A stretch of DNA of 64,000 bases from an uncultured Chloroflexia bacterium (GTDB lineage Bacteria > Chloroflexota > Limnocylindria > Limnocylindrales > CSP1-4), in the NCBI GenBank assembly GCA_963766735.1, contig CAVYBU010000003.1, positions 224,001 to 288,000 of the forward strand, in the 5' to 3' direction. Numbering within the stretch: the first letter of the stretch is position 1; every line of letters starts with the position of its first letter. Under the pieces are notes generated by a model, which saw nothing but the letters and a program-made list of their open reading frames with translations, searched no databases and had not been told where the DNA came from. Both the position numbers and the translations under genes were made by a program. This document shows, one piece after another, positions 1-9,547 of this stretch.

Positions 1-2
1 AG

Positions 3-803
3 ATCGCCGATCGCGGGCCGCTGGAGCGGGCCGAGGCAGCCGCAGCCGCAGCCGCAGAGGTCCGGGCCCGGGACGCGCGGGAGCTGGCTCGCCAGAAGGC
101 GTGGCGCGACCAGGCCGCGCGGGCCCTCGACGCGCTGCACGAGGAAGAGGGCACGCGGCCGGTCAATGCCGCGGAGCTCGAGGCGGCGGAGGAGCAGCGG
201 ATCGCCCTGATGGTGCCGGGGGAGACGGGGTCCACGTTCGATGACGGCGCCGTCGGCGAGATCGCGGGCGAGGAGGAGGATGACGATGCCTCCTTCGGGT
301 CCGGGGCGCTCTCCGTCGAAGGCGGGCTCCTGCCGACGCTCCGCGTCTTCCCGCACGGGATCAGCCGCAAGCGCCTGGAGCAGGCGATCCGCGACCTCCA
401 GCTGCCGGTGGTGATCGCGCGCGAGCCCGACGAGGCCGACGTGGCGATGACGCTCCGCAGCGAGTACCGCCAGAAGCCGCCGGCCCTGCGTGAGGCAGAG
501 GACCGGGGCATCCCGATCTATGTCCTCAAGGCGAACACCATCGCCCAGATGCAGGCATCGCTCACGTCCGTGTTCGCGCTGGAGGTGGATCCACGAGAGG
601 CCGCCCTGCGCGAGACGGAGCAGGCGATCGGCCTGGTCGTCAAGGAGCAGGAGCCGGTGGAGCTCGCGCCGCAGAACGCCTACATCCGCCGGCTGCAGCA
701 CCAGATGGCGGAGCGCGCGAACCTCGTCTCGCGGTCCCGCGGCCGGGAGCCGTATCGGCGGGTGCGGCTGTATCCCGATGCCGCGAGGACCGCCTGGCGG
801 TAG
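3..803 (+). CDS. R3H domain protein (C-terminal part of a Ycf45/SpoIIIAA-type AAA ATPase-R3H protein), 5' partial
   Basis: Frame is open from the window edge; C-terminal 'ELAPQNAYIRRLQHQMAERANLVSRSRGREPYRRVRLYP' is an R3H motif. Confidence 0.85.
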   Translation: MADRGPLERAEAAAAAAAEVRARDARELARQKAWRDQAARALDALHEEEGTRPVNAAELEAAEEQRIALMVPGETGSTFDDGAVGEIAGEEEDDDASFGSGALSVEGGLLPTLRVFPHGISRKRLEQAIRDLQLPVVIAREPDEADVAMTLRSEYRQKPPALREAEDRGIPIYVLKANTIAQMQASLTSVFALEVDPREAALRETEQAIGLVVKEQEPVELAPQNAYIRRLQHQMAERANLVSRSRGREPYRRVRLYPDAARTAWR

Positions 804-830
804 GTCCGGCGACGGCGACCTGGGCGGCGG

Positions 831-1283
831 TCAGTCTGGCGCGGCGACGTAGGCCGCCACCACCTCGCTCAGGCGCCTGCTCTTCACGGGCTCCACGATC
901 AGCTCGATGTCCGTGAGCGCGAAGTCGGCGCCCTTGAACAGGAGCGGCTCGCCGAGGTCCCGCGCCAGCGCGTACGAGAAGCAGTCGCCCATGTTGAGCC
1001 GGGCCGGGTGCCCGGAGCCGCGCCCGAACTGCTGGTAGGCGATCCGTGCGATCCGTGCCTGCTCGAAGGTGAACGGCACGACCTCGATGTGGAGCGCCCT
1101 CAGGACGCTATCGATGGAGCCCGAGATCACGGGGTCCCGCCGGCCGTCGACGACGGCGCCGAGTTCGACGTAGCTGGCGGCCGACAGTCGCCTGGCCGGT
1201 GCAGAAGCCATCGCTGTTGCGAAGGCAGGGCCGTCGGGTTCGCGGTGCAGGATCGCCACCACGACGGACGTGTCGATGATCAC
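831..1283 (-). CDS. vapC: VapC family PIN-domain toxin
   Basis: IIDTS at the N-terminus, LNMGDCFSYALA, LLFKGADF; overlaps the antitoxin by 4 nt. Confidence 0.93.
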   Translation of the reverse strand: MIIDTSVVVAILHREPDGPAFATAMASAPARRLSAASYVELGAVVDGRRDPVISGSIDSVLRALHIEVVPFTFEQARIARIAYQQFGRGSGHPARLNMGDCFSYALARDLGEPLLFKGADFALTDIELIVEPVKSRRLSEVVAAYVAAPD

Positions 1284-1540
1284 TTCGGCAGCCCCATCTC
1301 GTCGTACAGGAGCGCGTCGAAGTCCTGGCTCAGGTAGTCGTGGCCCAAGCGATCTCCGAGCTCGCCCACCATCTCGAGCACCTCTTCGACATCGAACGCA
1401 GGTTCCACACGCTCGGCCCGCGCCTGCTCCAGCCGGACGCGGACCGCGTCGGTGATGGCGGCGGTGAGGGAGACATCCAGCTCGGAGGCGAGCTCCCGGA
1501 CGAGCCGGACCGTCTCTTCGTTCTTGATGTTGAGGCTCAT
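1280..1540 (-). CDS. vapB: VapB family antitoxin (Rv0623-like)
   Basis: MSLNIKNEETVRLVRELA…SLTAAITDAV…LLYDEMGLPK; start set at ATG 1540 rather than the longer ORF-track call. Confidence 0.9.
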   Translation of the reverse strand: MSLNIKNEETVRLVRELASELDVSLTAAITDAVRVRLEQARAERVEPAFDVEEVLEMVGELGDRLGHDYLSQDFDALLYDEMGLPK

Positions 1541-1541
1541 G

Positions 1542-1577
1542 GATAGAAGTCTACCCTTGATACGGTAGATGTCTACC
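1542..1577. promoter_or_regulatory. Tandem palindromic operator of vapBC
   Basis: GATAGAAGTCTACC (1542-1555) and perfect GGTAGA-TG-TCTACC (1564-1577), 22 bp apart, directly upstream of the antitoxin start. Confidence 0.75.
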
Positions 1578-1659
1578 TTGACCCGCGCGACTGGGAGTGC
1601 CCGGAGGCGGCCCGCGGGGGCGCCGAGCGCCGCTCGTGCCGACACGCCACGATGTCGCC

Positions 1660-2256
1660 ATGAGCGGCAACGCCGACCGGCCACTCCCGCGTCCCTTCCG
1701 GCGCCTCGAGCGGATCTCGACCGGGCGCTCGGGCCTCGCGCTGGTGGGGGCATGGGCATTCGCGGAGGCGATCGCCTGGCCGATCATTCCGGACGTCGCG
1801 ATCGGCCTGCTCGCGATCGTCGTTCCGCGCCGCACCCTCCCGCTGTTCGCAGTCCTGATCGCCGGCGCGCTCGCCGGGACGGCGGTCCTGTACGCCCTCA
1901 CGCTCGCCGCCCCGGATGCCATCGAGGCGATGCTCCTGGCGCTGCCCGGCATCCACGAGACCACGATGGCAACAGCTCGCGAGACGGTCGCCGCCGGCAA
2001 CCCCACCTCGATTGCCCTCGTGGGTCCCGGCACGCCGCTCAAGGTGTACACGTTCGCCTGGGCGATCGGACCGGCGACGCCGGTTGCGCTCGCAGTTGGC
2101 GCAGTCCTGAACCGGATCACGCGGATCGGGCCCGGGCTCCTGGCGCTCGCGGCCCTGGGGTGGTTCGCGCCGGAGTTCCTGCGCCGTCACGACCGCCTGG
2201 TGCTTGCCACGTACGCCACGGCGTACGTGGTGGGCTACGCGCTCTACTGGCGGTAG
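1660..2256 (+). CDS. Membrane protein, YqaA/DedA(VTT)-like
   Basis: 'WAFAEAIAWPIIPD' and 'GTPLKVY' motifs with several hydrophobic segments. Confidence 0.6.
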   Translation: MSGNADRPLPRPFRRLERISTGRSGLALVGAWAFAEAIAWPIIPDVAIGLLAIVVPRRTLPLFAVLIAGALAGTAVLYALTLAAPDAIEAMLLALPGIHETTMATARETVAAGNPTSIALVGPGTPLKVYTFAWAIGPATPVALAVGAVLNRITRIGPGLLALAALGWFAPEFLRRHDRLVLATYATAYVVGYALYWR

Positions 2257-2289
2257 AGGTCCACGCGCTCGCACAGAGCGGTCCACCGT

Positions 2290-3027
2290 TCAGAGTGCCC
2301 GAACGATGGCCTCGAGCCGGGCGGTGAATTCGCGGGCGCGCTCGCCCGGGAGTGCCCGCATCGGCGCCCCGAACCGCACCTCCACCGGGGCCCGGTGCGG
2401 CCGTCGCGCGCCCTTGGGCAGGACGGCAGCGATCCCGATGATCTTCACCGGCAGCACCTGGTGCCCGGTGCGAACGGCCAGCAGCCCGGCGCCCGGGCGG
2501 AAGGATGCGATCTGGCCGGTCATGCTCCGTGTCCCCTCGGGGAAGATCAGCACGTTCCAGCCCGCATCCAGGAGGCCTGCGGCCGTCGCGAACGAATTGT
2601 CGCCCTGACCGGCCCGCTTGAACGCGAACGAGCCGAGCCAGGCGGCGAAGAACCAGCGCTTGCGGCTCGCCGTGAAGTAGTCGGCCGCTGCCGCCGCCGA
2701 CAGTCGCCGCCGGTAGCGCGGGCCGAGGGCCAGCCGCATCGCCGAGAAGTCGAAGTGGCTGGCATGGGTCGGGCAGATGATCGACGGCGGCTCCAGCTCC
2801 GCCAAGTGCTCGGCGCCGATCACTTTCGGACCGCGCAGGTAGTACGCGAGGAACGGTCCGACGATCCGCGCGGTGACCTCCCGCGCGAGGCAGGCGGCCG
2901 GCGAGAACTGCCAGCCATGCGGACGAATGGTCTTGCCGCCCGCGCGCGCCGGCTTCGGGGTGGCGGCCGGCGCCGTGGCGTCCCTCGCCGTCGCGTCCCT
3001 CGTCTCGGGTTCCGGCATCTCGACCAT
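2290..3027 (-). CDS. Lysophospholipid acyltransferase (PlsC family)
   Basis: HASHFD (HX4D) and FPEGTRS motifs; start coupled to the upstream stop (TGATG). Confidence 0.9.
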   Translation of the reverse strand: MVEMPEPETRDATARDATAPAATPKPARAGGKTIRPHGWQFSPAACLAREVTARIVGPFLAYYLRGPKVIGAEHLAELEPPSIICPTHASHFDFSAMRLALGPRYRRRLSAAAAADYFTASRKRWFFAAWLGSFAFKRAGQGDNSFATAAGLLDAGWNVLIFPEGTRSMTGQIASFRPGAGLLAVRTGHQVLPVKIIGIAAVLPKGARRPHRAPVEVRFGAPMRALPGERAREFTARLEAIVRAL

Positions 3028-3968
3028 CAGCCGGCACCCCACAGCCGTGCGATCCAGTAACCCAACGCCACCGTCACCAGCAGCGAGTCAATCCGGTCCA
3101 GGATCCCGCCGAACCCGGGCAGCCAGCGCCCGGCGTCCTTGACGCCCGCCTCGCGCTTCGCCGCGCTTTCGAGGAGGTCTCCCCAGAGCGCACCGCCGGC
3201 CACCAGGGGCACCAGCGCGAGGACGAACGGGAGGCCGAAGGTGGGCACGAGCGCCGGCAGGAACAGGACCAGCCCAACCGCCGCGCCGAGGACGTTGCCG
3301 ACGACGCCCTCCCGGGTCTTGTTCGGCGAGAGGCGGGGCGCCAGCTTTGTCCGGCCGAACGTGCGTCCGACGACGAAGGCGCCCACGTCCGAGAACGCGC
3401 AGGCGACGGCGAGCGCGACGACGAGCGCTGTCCCGGCCTCGCCATCCTCAACGGAGAGCGCCACGGCGTGCACGAGCAGCACGGAGATCAGCACCATGCC
3501 CACGGCTGCCATCCCCATGTCGCGGATCGCACGGCCCGTGTCCGCACGGATCACCGGCCATGCGGCGCCTGCCAGCACGACGCCGCCGACAAGCCAGTCC
3601 GCGGCGCCCACGCCGCCCACTGCGACGGCCCAGAAGATCACCGCGTTCGCAATGACCATCGCGATCCGGTGGTGGGCGGGGAGGTCGAACATCCGCGCCC
3701 ACTCGACCAGGCCGAGGGTCGCGATGGCCCCGAACAAGAGGGCGATCCCGGGGATGCCCGCCCGGGCCGCCACCAGGAGCACGACCGCCAGGACCGCGTA
3801 CGAACCCGCCCGCTGGAGCGCCATGCGCGGCGTCAGGCCGGTGGTCCGCCCGCGGCGCGCCAGCGCGTAGATCGAGGCGCCGGCCAGCCCCAGCACGGCC
3901 CCCGCCAGCAGGACGAGCGAGGCGGCATCGACCGGGGACAGCGTTGCGAGATCGGGGAGCGGCGGCAT
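3027..3968 (-). CDS. Phosphatidate cytidylyltransferase (CdsA/YnbB-like)
   Basis: [35 protein letters not shown]; multi-TM. Confidence 0.92.
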   Translation of the reverse strand: MPPLPDLATLSPVDAASLVLLAGAVLGLAGASIYALARRGRTTGLTPRMALQRAGSYAVLAVVLLVAARAGIPGIALLFGAIATLGLVEWARMFDLPAHHRIAMVIANAVIFWAVAVGGVGAADWLVGGVVLAGAAWPVIRADTGRAIRDMGMAAVGMVLISVLLVHAVALSVEDGEAGTALVVALAVACAFSDVGAFVVGRTFGRTKLAPRLSPNKTREGVVGNVLGAAVGLVLFLPALVPTFGLPFVLALVPLVAGGALWGDLLESAAKREAGVKDAGRWLPGFGGILDRIDSLLVTVALGYWIARLWGAG

Positions 3969-3977
3969 TGCCGGTGC

Positions 3978-4613
3978 CTACGCGAGCCGCCGGATGGCCA
4001 CCAGGATCCGCTCGAGCAGCGTGAGCACCGTTCCGATGAGCAGGATCGGTCCGAAGGCCACCCATGCCGTGGTGTCCGCGGGTCCTGCGATGAACGCCCA
4101 CAGGCAGCAGGCCACGAGCAGGGTCATCCGGCCCGGTTTGGACAGGATGCCGCGGTAGATCCGTTCGCCTCCCGCGGCCCTGGCCGTGATCCCCACGTAC
4201 GACGCCATCACGCCCATCAAGACGCCGAGCAGGACGATCTGTGGCGAGGCACCCGGCAGGAAGGCAACCGGGGCCAGGAACGCGATGTCCGCCAGCCGGT
4301 CACCCAGCTCGTTGTAGAGCTCGCCCCGCGGGTGGATCTTCCCGGTCCGGCGCGCCATGTTGCCGTCGATGAGGTTCAGGACGAGCCGCAGGATGACCAG
4401 CAGGGGAATGATGAGGAGGAGTGCCGGCACCGACGGGGAGATGAGCAGGCAGACGCCGCCGAGCACGGCCACGGGTACGGCGGCGAGCGTGACCATGTCC
4501 GGCGTGATGCCTGCCTTCGCCAACCGGTCAACGAGGGGAACCAGGCGCGCGTTAACGGCTCCCTTGGTCGCGTAGAGGTCCACGACTCGCTCCCTGGCTC
4601 GAGTGTCGAGCAC
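3978..4613 (-). CDS. CDP-alcohol phosphatidyltransferase (YnbA-like)
   Basis: DGNMAR…GELYNELGDRLAD motif; GTG start at 4613 chosen because a promoter-like element lies upstream (alternative ATG 4643). Confidence 0.88.
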   Translation of the reverse strand: MLDTRARERVVDLYATKGAVNARLVPLVDRLAKAGITPDMVTLAAVPVAVLGGVCLLISPSVPALLLIIPLLVILRLVLNLIDGNMARRTGKIHPRGELYNELGDRLADIAFLAPVAFLPGASPQIVLLGVLMGVMASYVGITARAAGGERIYRGILSKPGRMTLLVACCLWAFIAGPADTTAWVAFGPILLIGTVLTLLERILVAIRRLA

Positions 4614-4626
4614 CCACCCCCCCGTG

Positions 4627-4656
4627 ATCGTGGATGACGGCATGGGGCGGCGTCAA
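4627..4656 (-). promoter_or_regulatory. Candidate housekeeping promoter of the lipid cluster
   Basis: TTGACG-N18-CACGAT on the minus strand upstream of 4613. Confidence 0.4.
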
Positions 4657-4810
4657 CGGCCGATCCGCCCTCACACCGCCCTGGCGGTCGAGCTTTCTGG
4701 CGCTGTCGCCCGGTGCGCCTTCCGGCGCGCCACCGACGCGTGTTCGAGGTCAGGAATCCGGCTCTCCAGGGGCGTGTCGCCGCCCTCCCAGAGCCATCGC
4801 CCCGGTCGGC

Positions 4811-6244
4811 TCAGCTCTTCAGGTGGGCGATGACGGCGCGCGCCGCATGGAGCCCGCTCATGCCGTGGACCCCACCACCCGGCGGCGTGGACGAGGAGCA
4901 GAGGTAGATGCCCGGGTCCGGGGTGGTGTACGGGTTCCAGCGGACAACCGGCCGGAACAGGAGCTGGCGCCAGTCGCCGATGCCGCCGTTGATGTCGCCG
5001 CCGACGTAGTTCGCGTCGTACGCCTCCATCGCCGCAGCGTCCTTCGCCGCGCGGGCGAGGACCAGGTCCCGGAATCCCGGCGCGAACCGCTCCACCTGCG
5101 ACTCGATCGCGGCGGTCATGTCCACCGTGGAACCGTTGGGGACGTGGCAGTACGCCCATGCGACGTGCTTGCCTTCGGGGGCGCGCGACGGGTCGGCGGT
5201 CGTGGGCTGGACGAGGATCACGAAGGGCTGTTCCGCGTGACGCCCCCGACCGACGGCCTCCTCTGAAGCCGCGACCTCTCGGTAGGTTCCGCCGAGGTGA
5301 ACGGTGGCGGCCCGCGCCGTGGCCGGATCGCGCCAGGGGATCGGGCCATCGAGTGCCCAGTCGATCTTGAACACGCCCGGTCCGTACCGGAAGCCTTCGA
5401 GCTGGCGCCGGTAACCAGCGGGCAGCCGATCCCCGGCGACGGCCAGCACCTGGCGAGGCGTGAGATCGAGGAGCACGGCGCGAGCCGGCGGCAGATCGGC
5501 CAGGGAGTCGACCCGGTGCCCGGCGACGATCTCCACGCCCAGCGATCGTGCCTCGGCCTCCAGGGCGTCGGCGATCGCCCCACTGCCACCCCGGGCCACC
5601 GGCCAGCCGACAGCGTGCGCCAGGAGCCCGAGCACGAGTCCGAAGGAGCCGCTCAGCGGCTGGGAGAGCCGGAGCATCGAGTGGGCGGCCATCCCGGCGA
5701 ACAGGGCACGAGCCCCCGGTTCGCGGAACGCCAGGCGGGCGAGGGAGGTGGCGGGCAGCAGCGCCGGGAGGCCGAACCGCGCCATGAGGATCGGGTGGCG
5801 CGGCGGACGCACGACCGGTCCGAGGATCGCCGGAACAAGCCGCTCCCACTCGCGGACGTAGGGGCCGAGCAGGCGACGCCAGGCATCCGCGTCCCGGCCC
5901 AGCGCCTCGTCGATCGAGGCCAGGTCACGTTCCAGCACGATGCTCCGGCCGGGCGCCAGGGCGTGGGCGACCGGTGCTTCGGGCTGCACCCACTCGAGCC
6001 CGTGCCGCGCGAGGTCGAGGGACCGGAAGAATGGTGACGCGACTCCCAGTGGGTGGACGGACGCGCATGGATCGTGGATGAAGCCGGGCAGCGTCAGCGC
6101 CGCGGAGCGCGACCCGCCGCCGACGGTCTCTGCCGCCTCGTAGACGCGGACGGACCGGCCGGCGCGGGCGAGCTCGATCGCGGCGGCGAGCCCGTTCGGC
6201 CCCGCGCCGACGACGATGGCGTCCAGGTCACTGGGGCGGTTCAT
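4811..6244 (-). CDS. NAD(P)/FAD-dependent oxidoreductase, phytoene desaturase family
   Basis: VVGAGPNGL Rossmann motif, TLPGFIHDPCASVHP, C-terminal CSSSTPPGGGVHGMSG. Confidence 0.9.
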   Translation of the reverse strand: MNRPSDLDAIVVGAGPNGLAAAIELARAGRSVRVYEAAETVGGGSRSAALTLPGFIHDPCASVHPLGVASPFFRSLDLARHGLEWVQPEAPVAHALAPGRSIVLERDLASIDEALGRDADAWRRLLGPYVREWERLVPAILGPVVRPPRHPILMARFGLPALLPATSLARLAFREPGARALFAGMAAHSMLRLSQPLSGSFGLVLGLLAHAVGWPVARGGSGAIADALEAEARSLGVEIVAGHRVDSLADLPPARAVLLDLTPRQVLAVAGDRLPAGYRRQLEGFRYGPGVFKIDWALDGPIPWRDPATARAATVHLGGTYREVAASEEAVGRGRHAEQPFVILVQPTTADPSRAPEGKHVAWAYCHVPNGSTVDMTAAIESQVERFAPGFRDLVLARAAKDAAAMEAYDANYVGGDINGGIGDWRQLLFRPVVRWNPYTTPDPGIYLCSSSTPPGGGVHGMSGLHAARAVIAHLKS

Positions 6245-6278
6245 GATTCGAGGCTAGCGCCTCGACGGGCCAGGCGCC

Positions 6279-7037
6279 TCAGCTTCCCGTTGCACGACCG
6301 CCCGCCGCGCGGCGCCGCACCCACCGAACCGGCGCCGTCACGGTGCCGATCGCCGTGGATACGACGATGCTGCCCCGGACGTTGCGCGCGTAGCGCCACT
6401 GGCGCCGCTTGTCCACGCAGACCTTGGCCGTCACGACGTTGGGGTCCGCGACACCCACGGAGCGGGCGAGGTTGTCGAGGGTCTGCTCCCAGAACCTGTC
6501 GTTCTGCCGGTTCGCGCCAAGCACGTAGCTCAGCTCGACGAACGGGTCGCTTGCCCGCTCGAGGGCCTGCACCTGGGCGACCGTGATGTCGCCGTCCCGG
6601 TGCGAGGAGAACGTGATCCAGGCCGAGAGCATGTGACCTTCAGGGGTCATGAAGGTGAACGATTCGGCGTCCGCGTAGATGACCATCACGCCCGTCGACA
6701 TCGTCAGTGGCGCGCCGGGCATCGCCTGGACCTCGAGCAGCGCGACCTCGCCGGGGCTGATGCCCGACAGCGGGGCGTAGAACTTGGCGCCCTTGGGCCA
6801 GAAGGTCGGGAAGTTGGCCTTCCAGTGGGCGACGAGCTCATGCGGCGTCAGCTCGCAGCCCTCGAGGCGGACGGAGAAGGTCTTCTGCCACATCTGGCCG
6901 AAGCCCTGGACGGGCCCGGTGACGCGCTTGCCGGTGACCCGGTCGCTGCCGGCGCCGCTCGCGGTCGTGCTCAACTTGTCGACGGGACGGGCCCACGACT
7001 CCTGGTCGCGGGGGGTGCGGGGCTCGGGTGTGGTCAT
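6279..7037 (-). CDS. Conserved hypothetical protein (possibly DUF1990/SRPBCC-like)
   Basis: Protein-like ORF with GGAGG RBS; motifs GPVQGFGQMWQKT and FTFMTPEGH. Confidence 0.65.
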   Translation of the reverse strand: MTTPEPRTPRDQESWARPVDKLSTTASGAGSDRVTGKRVTGPVQGFGQMWQKTFSVRLEGCELTPHELVAHWKANFPTFWPKGAKFYAPLSGISPGEVALLEVQAMPGAPLTMSTGVMVIYADAESFTFMTPEGHMLSAWITFSSHRDGDITVAQVQALERASDPFVELSYVLGANRQNDRFWEQTLDNLARSVGVADPNVVTAKVCVDKRRQWRYARNVRGSIVVSTAIGTVTAPVRWVRRRAAGGRATGS

Positions 7038-7126
7038 GGCATGCCTCCGAAGGCAACGGGGAACCAGGGACGGGTTCCGGCGGGGCGGGACGCGGATGAC
7101 GGTGGGCGGCGCTGCCGCCAGGGCTC

Positions 7127-7468
7127 TCAGGCGGATGCGGCAGCGAGCGCCGCGGTCTCGTCGTCGTGGATCGCGATCGCCTCGTCGAGGCGGGTGAGCT
7201 CAAGGATCTGCTTGTAGTGGTCGGACAACCCCACGGCGAGGAGCTTCTGGTTCGCGCGCTGGGTCCGGACGAGCAGGGTGACCAGGAGACCGATCCCACC
7301 CGAGTTCATGTAGTCAAGCTGGCTGAAGTCCAGGACGATCGATCGGGCGTCGCCGGCTTCGGCATAGGCGGCCATGATCGGCGGCTCGCTGCCCCCGGTG
7401 ATCTCGCCATGGATCCGCAGGATCGCGGTCGATCCATCACGGGTCACGTCAACGGTGGTGTCGGTCAT
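7127..7468 (-). CDS. STAS-domain anti-sigma factor antagonist
   Basis: LDFSQLDYMNSGGIGLL phospho-Ser motif, ILELTRLD; 113 aa. Confidence 0.92.
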   Translation of the reverse strand: MTDTTVDVTRDGSTAILRIHGEITGGSEPPIMAAYAEAGDARSIVLDFSQLDYMNSGGIGLLVTLLVRTQRANQKLLAVGLSDHYKQILELTRLDEAIAIHDDETAALAAASA

Positions 7469-7827
7469 CGGGCTGCCTCCTCGGGGACGGGCGTCGCCGG
7501 CTGGCCGTCGGCGATCGTGAGGTAGTCGGACAGGCGCGTGATCCGGAAGATCTCGCGGTAGTGGTCAGAGAGGCCTTCGGCGATCACCTCGCGATGGTCG
7601 CGACGCGCCTCGGCCAGGAGCCGGACGATCAGGGCGATGCCCGTCGAATTGATGTAGTCGACCTGCGTGAAGTCGAGGACGACACGGGTCGCGCCAGCCT
7701 CGGCAGCCTCGGCATAGGCTGCGGCGAGGGCATCGTCTGCGGCGATGTCCACGTCCCCCCGCATCGCCAGGCGGGCCTCGCCGGGGATCGTTGTGACGAC
7801 CTCCACGGCCAGTCGGTTGTCGTTCAT
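7465..7827 (-). CDS. STAS-domain anti-sigma factor antagonist
   Basis: LDFTQVDYINSTGIALI, IFRITRL; AAGGAG RBS. Confidence 0.92.
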   Translation of the reverse strand: MNDNRLAVEVVTTIPGEARLAMRGDVDIAADDALAAAYAEAAEAGATRVVLDFTQVDYINSTGIALIVRLLAEARRDHREVIAEGLSDHYREIFRITRLSDYLTIADGQPATPVPEEAAR

Positions 7828-7850
7828 GGCTGCTCCTTCGATCCTGCGGG

Positions 7851-9545
7851 TCAGCGCCCGTCGCGGGCGATGGTGAGGGTCACGGTCTGCAGGCCGTCCG
7901 CGGCGTGCACGTCCATCCCGTCCACCATGTGGCGGATCAGGAACAGGCCCCAGCCGCGCGGCTTCTGGCGGCCCTCGAGCTTGGCGTCGAGGTCCGGCAT
8001 CTCGGCCTCCGGGACCGGCCCGGACAGCGCCCGATCCGTGACGCGGATGTGGATGGCCTCGTCGTCGGCGTCAACGCGGACATCGACCGGGACCGCGGGA
8101 TCGCCCTGGGAGCCGTACTCGATCGCGTTCATCACGGCTTCCGCGACCGCCGTCTTGAGACGCTCCAGGCGCGCGGGTTCGAGGCCCAGCGGCGCCACTG
8201 CCTCGGCGACGCGCTGCATGGCCGCGCGCTCGTTCCCGATGGCGCCCTCGATGGTGAAGGCGATGAGCGGCTCGGCGTCGGCGATGCCTCCGGCGGCCGT
8301 CACGACCGGCTTCCGGTCGCGGGTCACAGGCACCTCGGGACGCTCCTCGGCCCATGCGTCCGCGGTTCCGTGCGAGCGGCGCAACGTGACGAGCGTGATG
8401 TCGTCCTCCTGCTCCATGCCGGGCCCGGTGAAGGCACGCAGCTCGTCGAGCAGTCGGTCCAGGAGAACGCTCCCGGCGTCGTCGGTGACCATCGCCTCGC
8501 GCAGGCGGGGGAAGCCGTACATCTCCCGGCCGGGTCCGTGCTGCTCCACCAGGCCGTCCGAATAGAGCAGCATGGCGTCGCCCTGGCCCACGAAGCCCTC
8601 GGTCTCCTCGTAGACGATGCCCGGCATCAGGCCGAGCGGCAGGCCGGTCGCCCGCAGCTCGATGACGCCGTCCGTCGTGCGCACGTAGGGCAGGTTGTGG
8701 CCGGCGTTCGCGAACACGAAGCGGCCGGTCTCGGGCTCCAGGACGCCGTAGAGGCAGGTGACGAACATCCGCGCCGGCATCTCGGGGGCGAGCAGCTCGT
8801 TCGCCCGGGCAAGGACCTTGCCGGGCTCGATGAGCCGCGGGGCCTCCGCCCGGAGGATCGAGTGGGTGCGGGCCATGACGAGGGCCGCCGGGACGCCCTT
8901 GTCGGTGACGTCGCCGACGACGACACCGATGCGGCCCTCGCCAAGGTCGATGAAATCGTAGAAGTCTCCGCCGACGACGCGTGCCGGTCCGTAGTACGCG
9001 GCGATCTGCCATTCGGGGAGGTTCGGGAGCTCGCGCGGGAGGAACTGCTGCTGGATCAGCTGGGCGACCTTGAGCTCCTGCTCGTACCGCTCGCGCTCGG
9101 CCGCTTCCGCGGCCTGCTCGCGGACGAGCTGCGCGACGCGGATCGCGGGCGCGGCCTGCGCCGCCAGGGTCGCGAGCAGCCGGCGGTCGTCAGTCGAGTA
9201 GTCCTGCTCGGAGAGGCGTGGCCCGAGGTTGAGCGTCCCGATGAGTTCGCCCTGGGTCACCAACGGCACGACGAGCGCGACGCCCGCTCCCCGCAGCTCC
9301 TCGAGAGCGGGCGAGGCGAGCTCCAGGCGGGTGAGGTCAACGGGTCCCGGTGCCGACTGGAGGTACGCGAACAGCGGGTCGGTCTCGGGGATGTCCACGG
9401 CGACGCCGGGCCGCTCAGCCGTCGGCACGGCGGGCGCGGGCATGACGACGGCCGCCGACTCGGGCTTGGGCCGGCCCATCAGGCGACGGAACGGGCGAGA
9501 GATCGCTGTCATGGGCGCCATCCTCAAGGTTGTGTGTTCGGACAT
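7851..9545 (-). CDS. Partial GAF + SpoIIE/PP2C phosphatase + HATPase_c (RsbW-like anti-sigma kinase) fusion
   Basis: VGGDFYD, GDVTDKG, NAGH, YSDGL, EDDITL (PP2C); EAVMNAIEYG, PRGWGLFLI (HATPase); N-terminal LVVPL..GELIGTLNLG. Confidence 0.92.
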   Translation of the reverse strand: MSEHTTLRMAPMTAISRPFRRLMGRPKPESAAVVMPAPAVPTAERPGVAVDIPETDPLFAYLQSAPGPVDLTRLELASPALEELRGAGVALVVPLVTQGELIGTLNLGPRLSEQDYSTDDRRLLATLAAQAAPAIRVAQLVREQAAEAAERERYEQELKVAQLIQQQFLPRELPNLPEWQIAAYYGPARVVGGDFYDFIDLGEGRIGVVVGDVTDKGVPAALVMARTHSILRAEAPRLIEPGKVLARANELLAPEMPARMFVTCLYGVLEPETGRFVFANAGHNLPYVRTTDGVIELRATGLPLGLMPGIVYEETEGFVGQGDAMLLYSDGLVEQHGPGREMYGFPRLREAMVTDDAGSVLLDRLLDELRAFTGPGMEQEDDITLVTLRRSHGTADAWAEERPEVPVTRDRKPVVTAAGGIADAEPLIAFTIEGAIGNERAAMQRVAEAVAPLGLEPARLERLKTAVAEAVMNAIEYGSQGDPAVPVDVRVDADDEAIHIRVTDRALSGPVPEAEMPDLDAKLEGRQKPRGWGLFLIRHMVDGMDVHAADGLQTVTLTIARDGR

Positions 9546-9547
9546 CG

